DNA of 63,250 nt, taken from positions 1 through 63,250 of the IMG/VR virus record IMGVR_UViG_3300048905_000034. One strand, 5' to 3'. The first letter of the stretch is position 1. Each line of letters begins with the position of its first letter. The notes under the pieces were generated by a model that was not told where the DNA came from, ran no database searches, and saw only the letters and a list, made by a program, of their open reading frames with translations. The position numbers and the translations under genes were made by a program. The DNA comes from a virus. Below, one piece after another: positions 1 to 8,672 of the stretch.

Positions 1-127
1 GCCTTCAGCGGCAGGGGCAGGTCGCGGTGGGTCAGGCCGTTCTTGTCGAACGACCGCCCGTCGCCCGAGGGGACACCTTCGGGGGCAAGGACGCCGTACC
101 AAGGAACAGGTTCCAGCACCTCTTCCT
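1..127. repeat. Terminal duplication; identical to 63124-63250 (circular-assembly style overlap)
   Basis: Read directly: gccttcagcggcagggg...ccagcacctcttcct at both window ends; implies a 63,123-bp circular or permuted unit. Confidence 0.95.
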
Positions 128-917
128 CGGGGATCGTCTGCGGCTCGTCGTCGACTTCCTCCTCGGGATCGGGGAGGGCCGGATCGGGAGTGGTGGGGTC
201 TTCCTTGGCTGCTGCCGTGACGGACACGGATGGGTCCGTTGGCACCTGCGAGGGAGTGTCGGACCCATCCGATGCGGACGACTCTACCTGCTCCTCAGCC
301 GGGGCGGCAGTAAATTCTTCGGTCTTCACCTTGAACTCCTCAAGCATGGTCGGGCGTGCAACGCACCGGCAGTTGATCCAGATTTCGGGCGGGCCGACCG
401 GCTGCCCCGGATAGAGCAATTCGTAGCCGCCGACATCGAACGGCAGGCCGGATGGCACCGTCTCACCGTTGGTTTCCACATGCACCGGGCGGACGTTACT
501 GTCCTTCATGGTGACCCATTCGAGTCCGACAGCGCCGTCGGGGTCGGATGTGGTCGCGGCCTCGGTCCCGGCGTTGACCGAGTAAGTGGACAGCCACTTG
601 GTCATGCGCTCAGTCTGCGCGTCCCGCTGCTCGGCGGACATCTGCTTGGTCTTGCCAAGGGCTTCCCGCAGTTCCCGCTCGAACTCGGCGCGCATGTCGT
701 CGATGATCGGGTTCCACTGGTCGATTTCCTCGCGGGCCGTTTCGTCGAAGATGTCCAGCGCCATCGCAACGATCTGATCCTCCCACCGGGGGATGCCGAC
801 GCGGGCTAGGGAGGTGCGAACCACTTCCATGAACCGCTCGTCCGAGCGTTCGAGGATGCGGCGGCGTTCAGCGGCGAAGGTATCGACGTCGATGGTGAAG
901 CGGTCTGCGCGGATCAT
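1..917 (-). CDS. N-terminal MuF/SPP1-gp7-like head morphogenesis part of a MuF-protease fusion gene; continues in frame across the junction into 61698..63250
   Basis: ATG 917-915 overlaps the portal stop (ATGA). My translation MIRADRFTIDVDTF...VRPVHVETNG...PPEIWINCRCV has the MuF-type H...NCRC motif. 917-119=798 is divisible by 3, so it is in frame with the ORF starting at 63242. Absent from the track because there is no in-window stop. Confidence 0.8.
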   Translation of the reverse strand, partial: MIRADRFTIDVDTFAAERRRILERSDERFMEVVRTSLARVGIPRWEDQIVAMALDIFDETAREEIDQWNPIIDDMRAEFERELREALGKTKQMSAEQRDAQTERMTKWLSTYSVNAGTEAATTSDPDGAVGLEWVTMKDSNVRPVHVETNGETVPSGLPFDVGGYELLYPGQPVGPPEIWINCRCVARPTMLEEFKVKTEEFTAAPAEEQVESSASDGSDTPSQVPTDPSVSVTAAAKEDPTTPDPALPDPEEEVDDEPQTIPEEEVLEPVPWYGVLAPEGVPSGDGRSFDKNGLTHRDLPLPLK

Positions 918-2767
918 GCGGGAACCCTCTCTCCGGCCACGGTCATCTGGGAGGACATGAAGAGGGTGAAGGTGCCGAAGGTGTGCGGGGTCTGCTCCAC
1001 CAGCAACTGCGTGCAGTAGCTCTCCAGCACACCCTCCAGCCATATCGCCGGGATGCGGTGGCGTTCAGCGATAGCCGCGACGTGTGTCCACGCATCGTCC
1101 AGTAGGAACTCGGTGTCCTCGCTCCTGACGAACTTGTAGATGTCCACCGCCGCGCACGTCGGCTTCACCTGCATCTTGTTCTTCAGCTTGTTCCCGGCGC
1201 GCTCCAGCGCCCGCACCACGACCTGCTCGCAGGCGGCGATCAGGGCGGCGGCGCGGTTCTCGGGGAAGGCGGACGGGACATTGCCCCGGTCCCGGGCATC
1301 CCGGCGACGGTCGGAGACTTCCGGGTCGGGGATGCCGGTCTGAGGGTGTTCCTCCAGTGACGGCGTGGGCCTGCCCTCCGTGCCTGACGGTTGGTCGACC
1401 AACTGCGGGGTCACGTCGAGCTTGACCCCGAGGGCCTTCAGCGCCGCCTCGACCAGTTCCGGGGTGGTGGACCCGGAGGCAACCTTGCGCAGGTAGAACG
1501 CGATCCGGTCGTCGTCCTTCTGAGCGTCGTCGTCGCTGAAGCCGGTTTCGCGGCGCAGCGATTCGCCGTTGAGTTCGCCCCGGTCGTACAGTTCCAGCGC
1601 TTCCTTGGAACGGTTCGGGCGCAGGCGCATCTCGGAGGTGTCAGCCCCGATGGAGAAGGAGCGCAGCGTCGGGCCGGGGACATCATCGGCGAGCAGTGGG
1701 CGCAGGTAGCCCTGTGCGAGCGCGGTGGTGATGAGCTTCAGCAGCGGCTCAGCATGGGCCTTGATCGTGGATTCGTCGGCAGCCCACGCGCTCCAGTGGT
1801 TGGACTCGGACAGGCCCTGCAGGACTTCGGGCGGGATGTCCAGACCGAGGGCCAACCGGCGGATGGCTTCGTTGCGCAGCGCGATGGCCTGCTCGTCCAG
1901 TTGGGTCCAGAACGTCAGGTGCTTGATCGAGGCAATGGCTTCGGCGGGTGCCTTGATGACGATGGGCACCAGCGCGGAAGCGTCCTCGCGGTTCTGGATG
2001 GAGGTCTGCATGGCCTCGGCCAGCACCCGCATGAGGTCTTCGGCGTCGTTCGCCACCCTCTGCTCCTGCCCCTCGACGGGGGGAGGGGCAGGGAACGTCA
2101 TCTCGGACGGGACCAGCAGGATGCCAGCACCGGCAAGGCGGGAGTCGATCTGCGCCGCGACGTGCTGGGTGAGGCCGTAGATTTCGCCGAGGATCGGCAG
2201 GACCGCCTGCGCCGGGGAGGTGGCCTTCCAAGGCTTCTCGGGGTCCGGTCGCCAGATGCGGATGACGAGGACATCCTCGGGGTCCACGTCGAGGTCCTTG
2301 TTGTTGACCCGCCACTTGCCGCCATCGACCTTGGTGATCTGCGCGGGAGTGGCAATCTCCCAAATGTCGTCCTCGTCCCCGAACTCGTCAGGGTTCGGGT
2401 AGGAGACGACGTAGAGTTCCCCGGCGACGGTCATATGGATGCCGATTTGCCGAAGCATCTCTGCGCGACCATCGTCGTCGGAGAACAGCGACTCCATAAT
2501 CTCGACGGCGGGGCCGGTCTTCACCTGCTTCCGCTTGCCCGCCTTCTTTACCGAGGCGAACAGAACGGCCTTGGACAGCATCGCGCCGACGAAATCGCAC
2601 GAGTATCGGAACTCGCCGATGATGTGATACATCCGCCATGCTTCGTTCTGCCAAGCGATGGACTCGGCTATCCGGTGGTAGCTCTTTTGTCCGCTCTTGC
2701 CGATGCGCGCCGCCGAGGCGACCAGTGAGTTAGCCTGCGGAGTCTCGTCCCTGCGGGTGCGTGCCAT
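914..2767 (-). CDS. portal protein
   Basis: 617-aa ORF in the canonical TerL - portal - MuF order; size typical of portals. Confidence 0.85.
   Translation of the reverse strand: MARTRRDETPQANSLVASAARIGKSGQKSYHRIAESIAWQNEAWRMYHIIGEFRYSCDFVGAMLSKAVLFASVKKAGKRKQVKTGPAVEIMESLFSDDDGRAEMLRQIGIHMTVAGELYVVSYPNPDEFGDEDDIWEIATPAQITKVDGGKWRVNNKDLDVDPEDVLVIRIWRPDPEKPWKATSPAQAVLPILGEIYGLTQHVAAQIDSRLAGAGILLVPSEMTFPAPPPVEGQEQRVANDAEDLMRVLAEAMQTSIQNREDASALVPIVIKAPAEAIASIKHLTFWTQLDEQAIALRNEAIRRLALGLDIPPEVLQGLSESNHWSAWAADESTIKAHAEPLLKLITTALAQGYLRPLLADDVPGPTLRSFSIGADTSEMRLRPNRSKEALELYDRGELNGESLRRETGFSDDDAQKDDDRIAFYLRKVASGSTTPELVEAALKALGVKLDVTPQLVDQPSGTEGRPTPSLEEHPQTGIPDPEVSDRRRDARDRGNVPSAFPENRAAALIAACEQVVVRALERAGNKLKNKMQVKPTCAAVDIYKFVRSEDTEFLLDDAWTHVAAIAERHRIPAIWLEGVLESYCTQLLVEQTPHTFGTFTLFMSSQMTVAGERVPA
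1387..1406. repeat. PAL20 palindrome copy (degenerate left arm)
   Basis: acggttggtcgaccaactgc; inside the portal CDS, read as QLVDQP in a low-complexity C-terminal segment. Confidence 0.7.
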
Positions 2768-2772
2768 GGTGT

Positions 2773-3081
2773 CTATTCCCCATCATTCATAACTACGATT
2801 GCCGCTAGGTAGGAGACTGCCATCCAGCCGTTGAACAGCCACCACGAAATGTGCAGGTTGGAGAGCCACCCCCACAGAATCACCGGAGCGGCGATCCAGA
2901 TGGCCATACAGAAGGGGCAGTGGAACAGCGTCGACCATGGCCCATCGTCCGTTAGCGCATCCCACTTGGAGCGCACCCAAGCCGACGGCGGAAAGCTGTC
3001 CTGCGTCAGAAGGCGGGTCATCCGCGCCGTCGAGACAGTACCGACGATGACAGCACATATCACGACAACAATCTCCACCAT
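2773..3081 (-). CDS. small integral membrane protein (DUF1360-like)
   Basis: 102 aa, three hydrophobic helices, CPFC motif; sits between TerL and portal. Confidence 0.6.
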   Translation of the reverse strand: MVEIVVVICAVIVGTVSTARMTRLLTQDSFPPSAWVRSKWDALTDDGPWSTLFHCPFCMAIWIAAPVILWGWLSNLHISWWLFNGWMAVSYLAAIVVMNDGE

Positions 3082-3083
3082 GA

Positions 3084-4556
3084 CTACGAGAGTACCGGCT
3101 GTGTCGGCGATTGCTCTGCTGAGCCGCGTGGCTTGTAACCGAAAATGCTCCCAAGGGTGCCCATGGCAGTTGGTCGCCCAACTGCCTTGAGGGTCCGCCC
3201 GGAGGGAACGGCGATCTGCGCGGGGCCGGTGCGGGTGTTCAGCGCGGTAATTCCGTGGACCAGCGCATCCACCCGGTCAGGGGAATCGTTCATGTCCGGC
3301 ACCCATTCGGTCATCTGCGTCTCCAGATCGACGAAGGCCCGGACGTGATGAACCCGCTCCTGCTCGTACAGGCCGACGATGGGTTCAGCGCGGAGCACCT
3401 TGCCGCGCCGTGAATGCACAAGGTCCACCTTCCCGTCCTTGCGCTTGGTCCGCAGGGTGGAGAGAACCATCTCGCCGCCGTAGTTCTTCTCGGCCACGAT
3501 CAGGTCCGCCTCATACAGGTCGTACGCCCGCCAAGCCTCGGAGGCCCAGCCGTCCGGGGTGTAATGCCCGGAGTGGTCCGCGAGGACGTAGAAGTGATCG
3601 CCCATGATGCCGATGACGACGATGCCGGTTTCGTCACGCTTCTTCGAGGACGTGCCAGCGGGGTCGATAGCGACCACGATCCGGTCCATGTCCTTGTGGG
3701 TGATTTCGGCGATGGGCCGGTTGTCCTCGATCATGTTCCACTTCCACAGCGCACCCACGATGTCGTCGAGGACTTCGCCGTAGAGTTCCTGCAGGCCGAG
3801 CCGGGTGCCCTCGTACTTGGACAGGACCACGTTGCGGAACGTCGGCGCGAGGTTGTCCATATTGGCGTAGGTGGAGACAGTGACGGCCCGGGTGGTCGGG
3901 GTGTCGATCAGTTCCTTCAGCCACTTGGTCGGCAGCGGCGTGGTGGTGCATAGGACCAATGGCCTCTTGCCGAAGCGCAGGCCCATCATCATCATGTCCC
4001 AGACGGATTCGATCATCGGGTAGTGAGCAGGCTCATCGAGCCAGACCGCACCGTGGTTAGGCCCACGGAGGCGGTCAGGTTCCTCGCCGGTAAAGGCTTG
4101 GATTCGGTGCTCGTTGTAGCGGCCCTTGCCCGGGACGGTGATCCTGCGCTTGGACGGCTCCCACAGCGCGTTGACCTTCGCCTTCTCGAACGCCGCAAGC
4201 AGGCCGGACTCGCCTTCAACCATGATGTCGCGGACGTGGGGGAGGGTCGGGCCGATGATCGAGGTGTAGGCGATGGACTCGGACATCTTGCGAATCCACT
4301 CCGAGCCGCAGCGGGTCTTGCCCGAACCACGCCCGCCCTTCTGCAGCCACACCAGCCAGTCCGGGTCCTCCGGGGGCCACTGGTCACCACGGGCATGGCG
4401 GTAGTCGTACTCGTCGTGGGGCTGGCCGTCGCAGGAGCGACCCTTCTTGCAGTACCAGACCTGCCGGTCCTTCTCCATGGTCGCAACCATGGAGAGCAGC
4501 TTCTCCTTGGACTTCGGGTCCCAGTTCTTCCACTCGTCCAGATTCAGTTCCGGCAT
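3084..4556 (-). CDS. terL: terminase large subunit
   Basis: Walker A GGRGSGKT, Walker B VWLDE, RNaseH-like nuclease half (AIDPAGT...). Start moved to ATG 4556 (RBS GGAAAGG, no overlap); the track start 4592 is the alternative. Confidence 0.9.
   Translation of the reverse strand: MPELNLDEWKNWDPKSKEKLLSMVATMEKDRQVWYCKKGRSCDGQPHDEYDYRHARGDQWPPEDPDWLVWLQKGGRGSGKTRCGSEWIRKMSESIAYTSIIGPTLPHVRDIMVEGESGLLAAFEKAKVNALWEPSKRRITVPGKGRYNEHRIQAFTGEEPDRLRGPNHGAVWLDEPAHYPMIESVWDMMMMGLRFGKRPLVLCTTTPLPTKWLKELIDTPTTRAVTVSTYANMDNLAPTFRNVVLSKYEGTRLGLQELYGEVLDDIVGALWKWNMIEDNRPIAEITHKDMDRIVVAIDPAGTSSKKRDETGIVVIGIMGDHFYVLADHSGHYTPDGWASEAWRAYDLYEADLIVAEKNYGGEMVLSTLRTKRKDGKVDLVHSRRGKVLRAEPIVGLYEQERVHHVRAFVDLETQMTEWVPDMNDSPDRVDALVHGITALNTRTGPAQIAVPSGRTLKAVGRPTAMGTLGSIFGYKPRGSAEQSPTQPVLS
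3166..3185. repeat. PAL20 copy; G-variant on the transcribed (-) strand
   Basis: gcagttggtcgcccaactgc on +, which is the reverse complement of gcagttgggcgaccaactgc; inside the TerL 3' end, read as AVGRPTA. Confidence 0.9.
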
Positions 4557-4561
4557 CGCAC

Positions 4562-4948
4562 TTACCTTTCCGAGAGTTCTTGGATCAGCCAAGCGCCGTA
4601 GCCTTGGCCGTTGTCAGGAGCGGGGGATTGGGGCACGCGCTCGTCGACACCCTTTGGCTTTGCAGTGTGACGGATGACCTCAGTGAAAGCCATGCCGAGG
4701 TCCTTGGCGATGAACGCAGCAGTGGCGCGGCGGACGTAGCCGGTCATCCCGATGCCCCGGCGCTTGGCCGCTTCATCGAGGAGCACCCGGAACGGAACGT
4801 CGTAGTAAATCCACGTCCCGCTCTTTCGGGACTTCGCTGGCTTCTTCCCCGACTGCCGTGCCCGCACCCGGGCGATGGCGTTCTCCATCCAGAGCGGGTC
4901 CTCGTCCCGGTCGGACCACCCCTGCAGATCAGGGTTGTAGTTGACCAT
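4562..4948 (-). CDS. hypothetical protein, 128 aa (possible ribbon-helix-helix fold)
   Basis: ATG 4948 overlaps the TerS stop by 1 nt (TGATG); beta-strand then helices pattern IYYDVPFRVLLDEAAKRRGI. Confidence 0.55.
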   Translation of the reverse strand: MVNYNPDLQGWSDRDEDPLWMENAIARVRARQSGKKPAKSRKSGTWIYYDVPFRVLLDEAAKRRGIGMTGYVRRATAAFIAKDLGMAFTEVIRHTAKPKGVDERVPQSPAPDNGQGYGAWLIQELSER

Positions 4949-5484
4949 CAGTCCACAACATCCGCGTCGATGATGTCCGCTTCCTCGGCCTCGGGTTCCT
5001 TCCGGGCCAGCGCCATCATGTGCGCGACGTACTGCTGAAGGTGCTCGTCGGTCGGGGTGATCGCAACCTGTGTCGGTGCGTCCACGCCCCACAGGCGCAT
5101 GATGCGGTCGGTGATCGCCAGCGCCCTCGCGTTGTAGGCGAGGTGGTCCGGGTCCTTGGTATCCACGGCCTTGCCCATGGTGGACTGAAGCAGGCGGTTG
5201 AGCCGTTTGTCGGCGAGCACCCTTTGCTGGTCCCGGTCCTCGGGGGAGTCGGCGGACGCGGCCAGCACCCGCTCGACTGCCAGCCGTGCCCGGGTGGCAG
5301 ATGCGTAGCCGAGGGCCTTGGCGATGTTGGTGTACGAGGTGCCCGCGATACGCAGGGCCAGCGCGGACTCGGCCTTGGTCGCCGTCTCGGACATCACGAG
5401 GTCCGCGTTCGGGTCTTCCCCGGCTTCGATGGCCTTGGCGAACGCCTTGGCCCCGGTCATGATCCGGGCTTCCTTGTCACCCAT
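4948..5484 (-). CDS. terS: terminase small subunit
   Basis: 178 aa, HTH LRIAGTSYTNIAKALGYASATRA; lies upstream of TerL with one 128-aa ORF (4562..4948) between them. Confidence 0.7.
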   Translation of the reverse strand: MGDKEARIMTGAKAFAKAIEAGEDPNADLVMSETATKAESALALRIAGTSYTNIAKALGYASATRARLAVERVLAASADSPEDRDQQRVLADKRLNRLLQSTMGKAVDTKDPDHLAYNARALAITDRIMRLWGVDAPTQVAITPTDEHLQQYVAHMMALARKEPEAEEADIIDADVVD

Positions 5485-5632
5485 TGAGGTCGCTCCATAC
5501 GACGCAGCCGCAGAGACGGTAGTCGACGATCTTCTCCACCATCGACTGGGTCCGTACGTCCCAGACGACTGCTATTTCGGTGCGGCTGAGGGGGCCATGC
5601 CAGTTCTCTTCGGTTTCATGCCAGCCGTTCAC
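5477..5632 (-). CDS. hypothetical protein, 51 aa
   Basis: GTG 5632 overlaps the ParB-like stop (GTGA); the stop overlaps the TerS start; below the track's 60-aa cutoff. Confidence 0.45.
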   Translation of the reverse strand: MNGWHETEENWHGPLSRTEIAVVWDVRTQSMVEKIVDYRLCGCVVWSDLNG

Positions 5633-6210
5633 AGGTCAGCCGTCCTTGCCTGCTCCGGGTAGCGCTCGATCAGTTCGGCGAACAGGGTGTCCCGGTCGTC
5701 GCCGTTCTCGAAGTCCACCACCACCTGATAGATGCCGGACGGGGCGGCGTCCCCGAAGCCGCCGCCGTTGGGAATGTCGGGGTCCGCCATCATGTCCAGC
5801 AGCAGCCGCTGGTATGAGGCATCGTCGTAGCCGGTACCTGCCAGCCCAAGGTCCGAATCGGAGAGGTCCGTCAGGAGTGCTGCCAGTGCGGAGTCGTCGA
5901 GGATGGCGAGCTTGCCGGTGCGGTTGTCCGCGATCATGTAGCGGACAGCGCCGGAGTCGTCCATGTGGTCGACCCAGATGACCGGGATTTCCGTGGCCCC
6001 CAAGGCGTGGAGCGCCTGATAGCGGTGGTTGCCCGCGATGATGTTGCCGGTACGGGCATCGGCGGTGATGGCGGTGACGAAGCCGTTGACCTGAATGGAC
6101 TCGATCAGCGCATCGAGGTCGCCGTTGTTGGGGTTCTGCGCGTGCTGCTGGACCCTGTCGATTGGTACCAGAAGCGGGCGGACCCCCTCCGCGAATCGAA
6201 CTGCTTTCAT
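5629..6210 (-). CDS. ParB N-terminal domain (ParB/Srx-like) nuclease-family protein
   Basis: Motifs NPNNGD...SIQVNGF...IIAGNHRYQAL...IPV; no C-terminal HTH seen. Confidence 0.8.
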   Translation of the reverse strand: MKAVRFAEGVRPLLVPIDRVQQHAQNPNNGDLDALIESIQVNGFVTAITADARTGNIIAGNHRYQALHALGATEIPVIWVDHMDDSGAVRYMIADNRTGKLAILDDSALAALLTDLSDSDLGLAGTGYDDASYQRLLLDMMADPDIPNGGGFGDAAPSGIYQVVVDFENGDDRDTLFAELIERYPEQARTADL

Positions 6211-6341
6211 CGGTACTCTCCTACGAACAGGCAGCGCTTACAGTGCCAGTATTTTGCCGGGGCGGACGGGTGGGGCGACTTCTCGTGGAAGCCGAGGGCG
6301 CACAGGATGGGCCGCTCGTACCACTTGGTCAGTTGCTTCAC
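6207..6341 (-). CDS. hypothetical small Cys/His protein, 44 aa
   Basis: GTG 6341 overlaps the upstream stop; the stop overlaps the ParB-like ATG; ...CALGFH...HCKRC. Confidence 0.45.
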   Translation of the reverse strand: MKQLTKWYERPILCALGFHEKSPHPSAPAKYWHCKRCLFVGEYR

Positions 6342-6511
6342 TTCCGCTCCCGGGGGTACGCGGTCGGCCTGCCCTTGAACGATGCAAGGAGAGCGCGCAG
6401 TCCCTTACCGGCAGAGCCGTAGGTGCGGGCGAGGGACTCGACCTCCTGCTTGGTCAGGCGAACGCTGACGATTTCGGACCGTGCGGCCTGTCCAACGGCT
6501 GGTCTAGGCAT
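6338..6511 (-). CDS. hypothetical protein, 57 aa (possible RHH-type DNA binder)
   Basis: ATG 6511 preceded by GAAGGAGAA and by PAL20; SEIVSVRLTKQEVESLAR pattern. Confidence 0.6.
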   Translation of the reverse strand: MPRPAVGQAARSEIVSVRLTKQEVESLARTYGSAGKGLRALLASFKGRPTAYPRERK

Positions 6512-6731
6512 TGTTCTCCTTCGGCAGTTGGTCGCCCAACTGCTGCTTTTCGTGCCTGCCCGGGACGCGCAGGGATTGCGCGTAGGTGCTGATTCTGGAG
6601 GACAACGCCCATGCCGCATTGGCCCCGGCGTAGTCCCCACGGTTGCTGCGGTTGTTGCCGACACGCTCGACCTTCCGCACCAGCCCCATCAGGCGGCGGT
6701 AGCGCGGCAGGTTCTCATCCGGTACGTGCAT
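6504..6731 (-). CDS. hypothetical protein, 75 aa
   Basis: ATG 6731 with RBS GAGGAA; its 3' end reads through PAL20 as QLGDQL. Confidence 0.5.
   Translation of the reverse strand: MHVPDENLPRYRRLMGLVRKVERVGNNRSNRGDYAGANAAWALSSRISTYAQSLRVPGRHEKQQLGDQLPKENNA
6524..6543. repeat. PAL20 copy; G-variant on the transcribed (-) strand
   Basis: gcagttggtcgcccaactgc on +; 13 nt upstream (sense) of ATG 6511. Confidence 0.9.
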
Positions 6732-6876
6732 GGGTCGGTTCCTCGCAATCGTTGGTATATAGCCCCGAAGTGCCGCTGAGGATATTCCTTATCCCGCCCA
6801 CGTCGATCCGCCCGCACCCCCATTCGTTTTCCAGTACGAACAGCGCCTGCTTGATACGAGCTTCGGCATCACACAT
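6715..6876 (-). CDS. hypothetical protein, 53 aa
   Basis: Internal ATG 6876 of the track ORF 6715..6993, with strong RBS GAAGGGGAG 6 nt upstream. Confidence 0.5.
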   Translation of the reverse strand: MCDAEARIKQALFVLENEWGCGRIDVGGIRNILSGTSGLYTNDCEEPTHARTG

Positions 6877-7028
6877 CTGTGCTCCCCTTCGGCAAAGTGT
6901 ATTACGAAACCAATCATGCACCGGGGGAGGAGGCTTTGGTAGGGTTGTGACGCCCCGGTCGGGTTGGTGCGTCTGAGAACACGTGCCGAGCACGCCCCAT
7001 ACGTGTGATTCTGACCGGGCACCCCCTT

Positions 7029-7072
7029 AGAAACACGAAGGCCCCCGGCGCATCCTGCAGCGCGTCGGGGGC
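7029..7072 (-). terminator. intrinsic terminator-like hairpin after the nuclease gene
   Basis: Sense GCCCCCGACGCG-loop-GCGCCGGGGGC (11-bp stem, one wobble) followed by CTTCGTGTTTCT. Confidence 0.6.
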
Positions 7073-7081
7073 TTTCTTGGT

Positions 7082-7453
7082 TTAGCGCGTACCGCCGAAG
7101 TAGGGCTTGGCCAGCCCCTCCTCGATCAGGACCTCATCGAGCCAGCGCCCGTCGGGGAGCAGGATGCGCACCAGCCACCGCTTGTACTTGTCCTCGGGCC
7201 GGGGCTTGTACGTCTGGACCCTCACCGGCTTGCCGACCGGGCAAAGTTCCGCAGAGCGGGCCTTGGCTTCGCTGTAGTTCGTGTCCCCCCGCTCGGGGGT
7301 GTCGCAGCCCCAGATGCGGAACTCCAGCAGGTGCCGGGCGGTGGTGAAGACCCGGAAGCCGTTGTCCATTTCCTTCTCGACCCACATCCAGTCGGTGTCC
7401 CCGTCCACCCAGCGCTGCGGGATGCCGAGGTAGTCCCATCCGGCCTCAGTCAT
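7082..7453 (-). CDS. staphylococcal (micrococcal) nuclease-like thermonuclease
   Basis: DGDT...FRIWGCDTPERGD...RW motifs of the SNase fold; RBS GAGGGGGAG. Confidence 0.75.
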   Translation of the reverse strand: MTEAGWDYLGIPQRWVDGDTDWMWVEKEMDNGFRVFTTARHLLEFRIWGCDTPERGDTNYSEAKARSAELCPVGKPVRVQTYKPRPEDKYKRWLVRILLPDGRWLDEVLIEEGLAKPYFGGTR

Positions 7454-7608
7454 GACTCCCCCTCGATGACCTTGGCGACGATGTCGATGATGGCCTCAGC
7501 CTCAGCCAGATTGGGGTCGCTGCACAGCGGGGAGCAGTCGCAGGGGTAGTTGAGTCGCAGGAACCCGGCTACGCGGGAGATGGCCTGCTCGCGCTGGCGC
7601 TCATTCAC
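7450..7608 (-). CDS. hypothetical protein, 52 aa
   Basis: GTG 7608; coding-like frame ...RQREQAISRVAGFLRLNYPCDCSPLC...; the stop overlaps ATG 7453. Confidence 0.4.
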   Translation of the reverse strand: MNERQREQAISRVAGFLRLNYPCDCSPLCSDPNLAEAEAIIDIVAKVIEGES

Positions 7609-7750
7609 CGGAGCCGACCCAGATGCGGTCTGAGGTGATGCGGTCTGTGGTGATGGTGCCGTCCCAGTCGCTCAGGAACCCGTCCACGAAGGCTTGGGCG
7701 GCGGCCTCGTGGAATCCCGGCTGGCCCCGGCGCGGGCTGTCCTCAGTCAT
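7601..7750 (-). CDS. hypothetical protein, 49 aa
   Basis: Internal ATG 7750 of the track ORF 7601..7819; ATGA overlap with the upstream micro-ORF. Confidence 0.45.
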   Translation of the reverse strand: MTEDSPRRGQPGFHEAAAQAFVDGFLSDWDGTITTDRITSDRIWVGSGE

Positions 7751-7848
7751 GCCGCCACCGCGACAACCCAGAGGGTGCTGGCGATGATGGCCCCGAAGAT
7801 CACGGCCCAGACAAGCCACTCCAAAAACTCACGCATATGCTCGGTCAT
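7747..7848 (-). CDS. small membrane protein, 33 aa
   Basis: MTEHMREFLEWLVWAVIFGAIIASTLWVVAVAA; ATG 7848 overlaps the upstream stop. Confidence 0.5.
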   Translation of the reverse strand: MTEHMREFLEWLVWAVIFGAIIASTLWVVAVAA

Positions 7849-8279
7849 TCCGCACCTGCCCTGCACTCAGCGGCCTCTGCCTTCATTGGCATGGTCAATT
7901 CCTTCAGTTTAGGGTTCACGGCGTCCAGATCGGCGTTGGCTTTCTGGATTGCGGCCACGTCGAAGGTGCTGGCGGCGATCATTGCGTCGGACATGTAGCC
8001 CATGGCCTCGGCGGCGAGTCCGAAGCCCTGCTCGGAGAGGTCGAGGGCTTCCAGACAGGCGGCGGGGGTGCGGGGGACCTCCTTGGTGACCACCCGCTCG
8101 GGGCCGGGGACGTTCTTGATGACCTCGACGGGCTTGGGCTTGGCTGAGGCCGCACCAGCCGCCCCCAGAATCATCCCGCCGATGAGCAGGGCCACCGGGA
8201 ACACCAGTTTTTGCCGGTACCAAGGTTTGGGCCGTTCAAGCTTGGGCGGGAGTGGTGCTGGAGGTAGGTACGTGCTCAT
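7845..8279 (-). CDS. membrane-anchored protein, 144 aa
   Basis: One TM helix (LVFPVALLIGGMILGAAGAASA) after a Pro/Lys-rich N-terminus. Confidence 0.7.
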   Translation of the reverse strand: MSTYLPPAPLPPKLERPKPWYRQKLVFPVALLIGGMILGAAGAASAKPKPVEVIKNVPGPERVVTKEVPRTPAACLEALDLSEQGFGLAAEAMGYMSDAMIAASTFDVAAIQKANADLDAVNPKLKELTMPMKAEAAECRAGAE

Positions 8280-8423
8280 TTTGTCCCCGGTTTTCTGTGG
8301 AGTTTTGTGTAATACGTTTATTATGGCCGGGCACCGGGGGTTCCCACCCTCCTACGCCCCTTGGGGCAAAGAAATTTTTCAGAATGCCCCCCGTATTACG
8401 GAAACCTCCCGGGAAATTCCGGG

Positions 8424-8630
8424 TTATTGGAGAAACAGGCCCCGTTTTGTCCCGTCCTTTTCGACGATGGTGAAGGTGGCCCCCCGTTCTTGGGCCTCAT
8501 AGAGGTGGAGAAACAGTCGGACCCCCCGCCTGACCAGTTCGGTGAGGGTCGCCCCGGTGGATTCGGAGTGCCCGTCCATGGCCACTTTGAGGTCGGTCGG
8601 GATGTTGATGGTCAATCGGTGAAGTGTCAT
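8424..8630 (-). CDS. ribbon-helix-helix (CopG/Arc/MetJ-type) DNA-binding protein; first gene of the leftward arm
   Basis: LTINIPTDLKVAMDGHSESTGATLTELVRRGV is a beta-strand followed by two helices, typical of RHH. Confidence 0.75.
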   Translation of the reverse strand: MTLHRLTINIPTDLKVAMDGHSESTGATLTELVRRGVRLFLHLYEAQERGATFTIVEKDGTKRGLFLQ

Positions 8631-8636
8631 TCATAC

Positions 8637-8665
8637 ATTATATGACCGTTCATATGGGGTATGAA
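8637..8665 (-). promoter_or_regulatory. SigA-type promoter giving a leaderless RHH mRNA
   Basis: Sense TTCATA - 17 nt - TATAAT - 6 nt (gtatga) - ATG 8630. Confidence 0.5.
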
Positions 8666-8672
8666 CCACGTG

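Noticed and set aside
27-809. A 260-aa + strand ORF at the window start
   Set aside because: It is antisense to the MuF-like N-terminal part of the wrap-around polyprotein, which has a clear motif and translational coupling to the portal gene.
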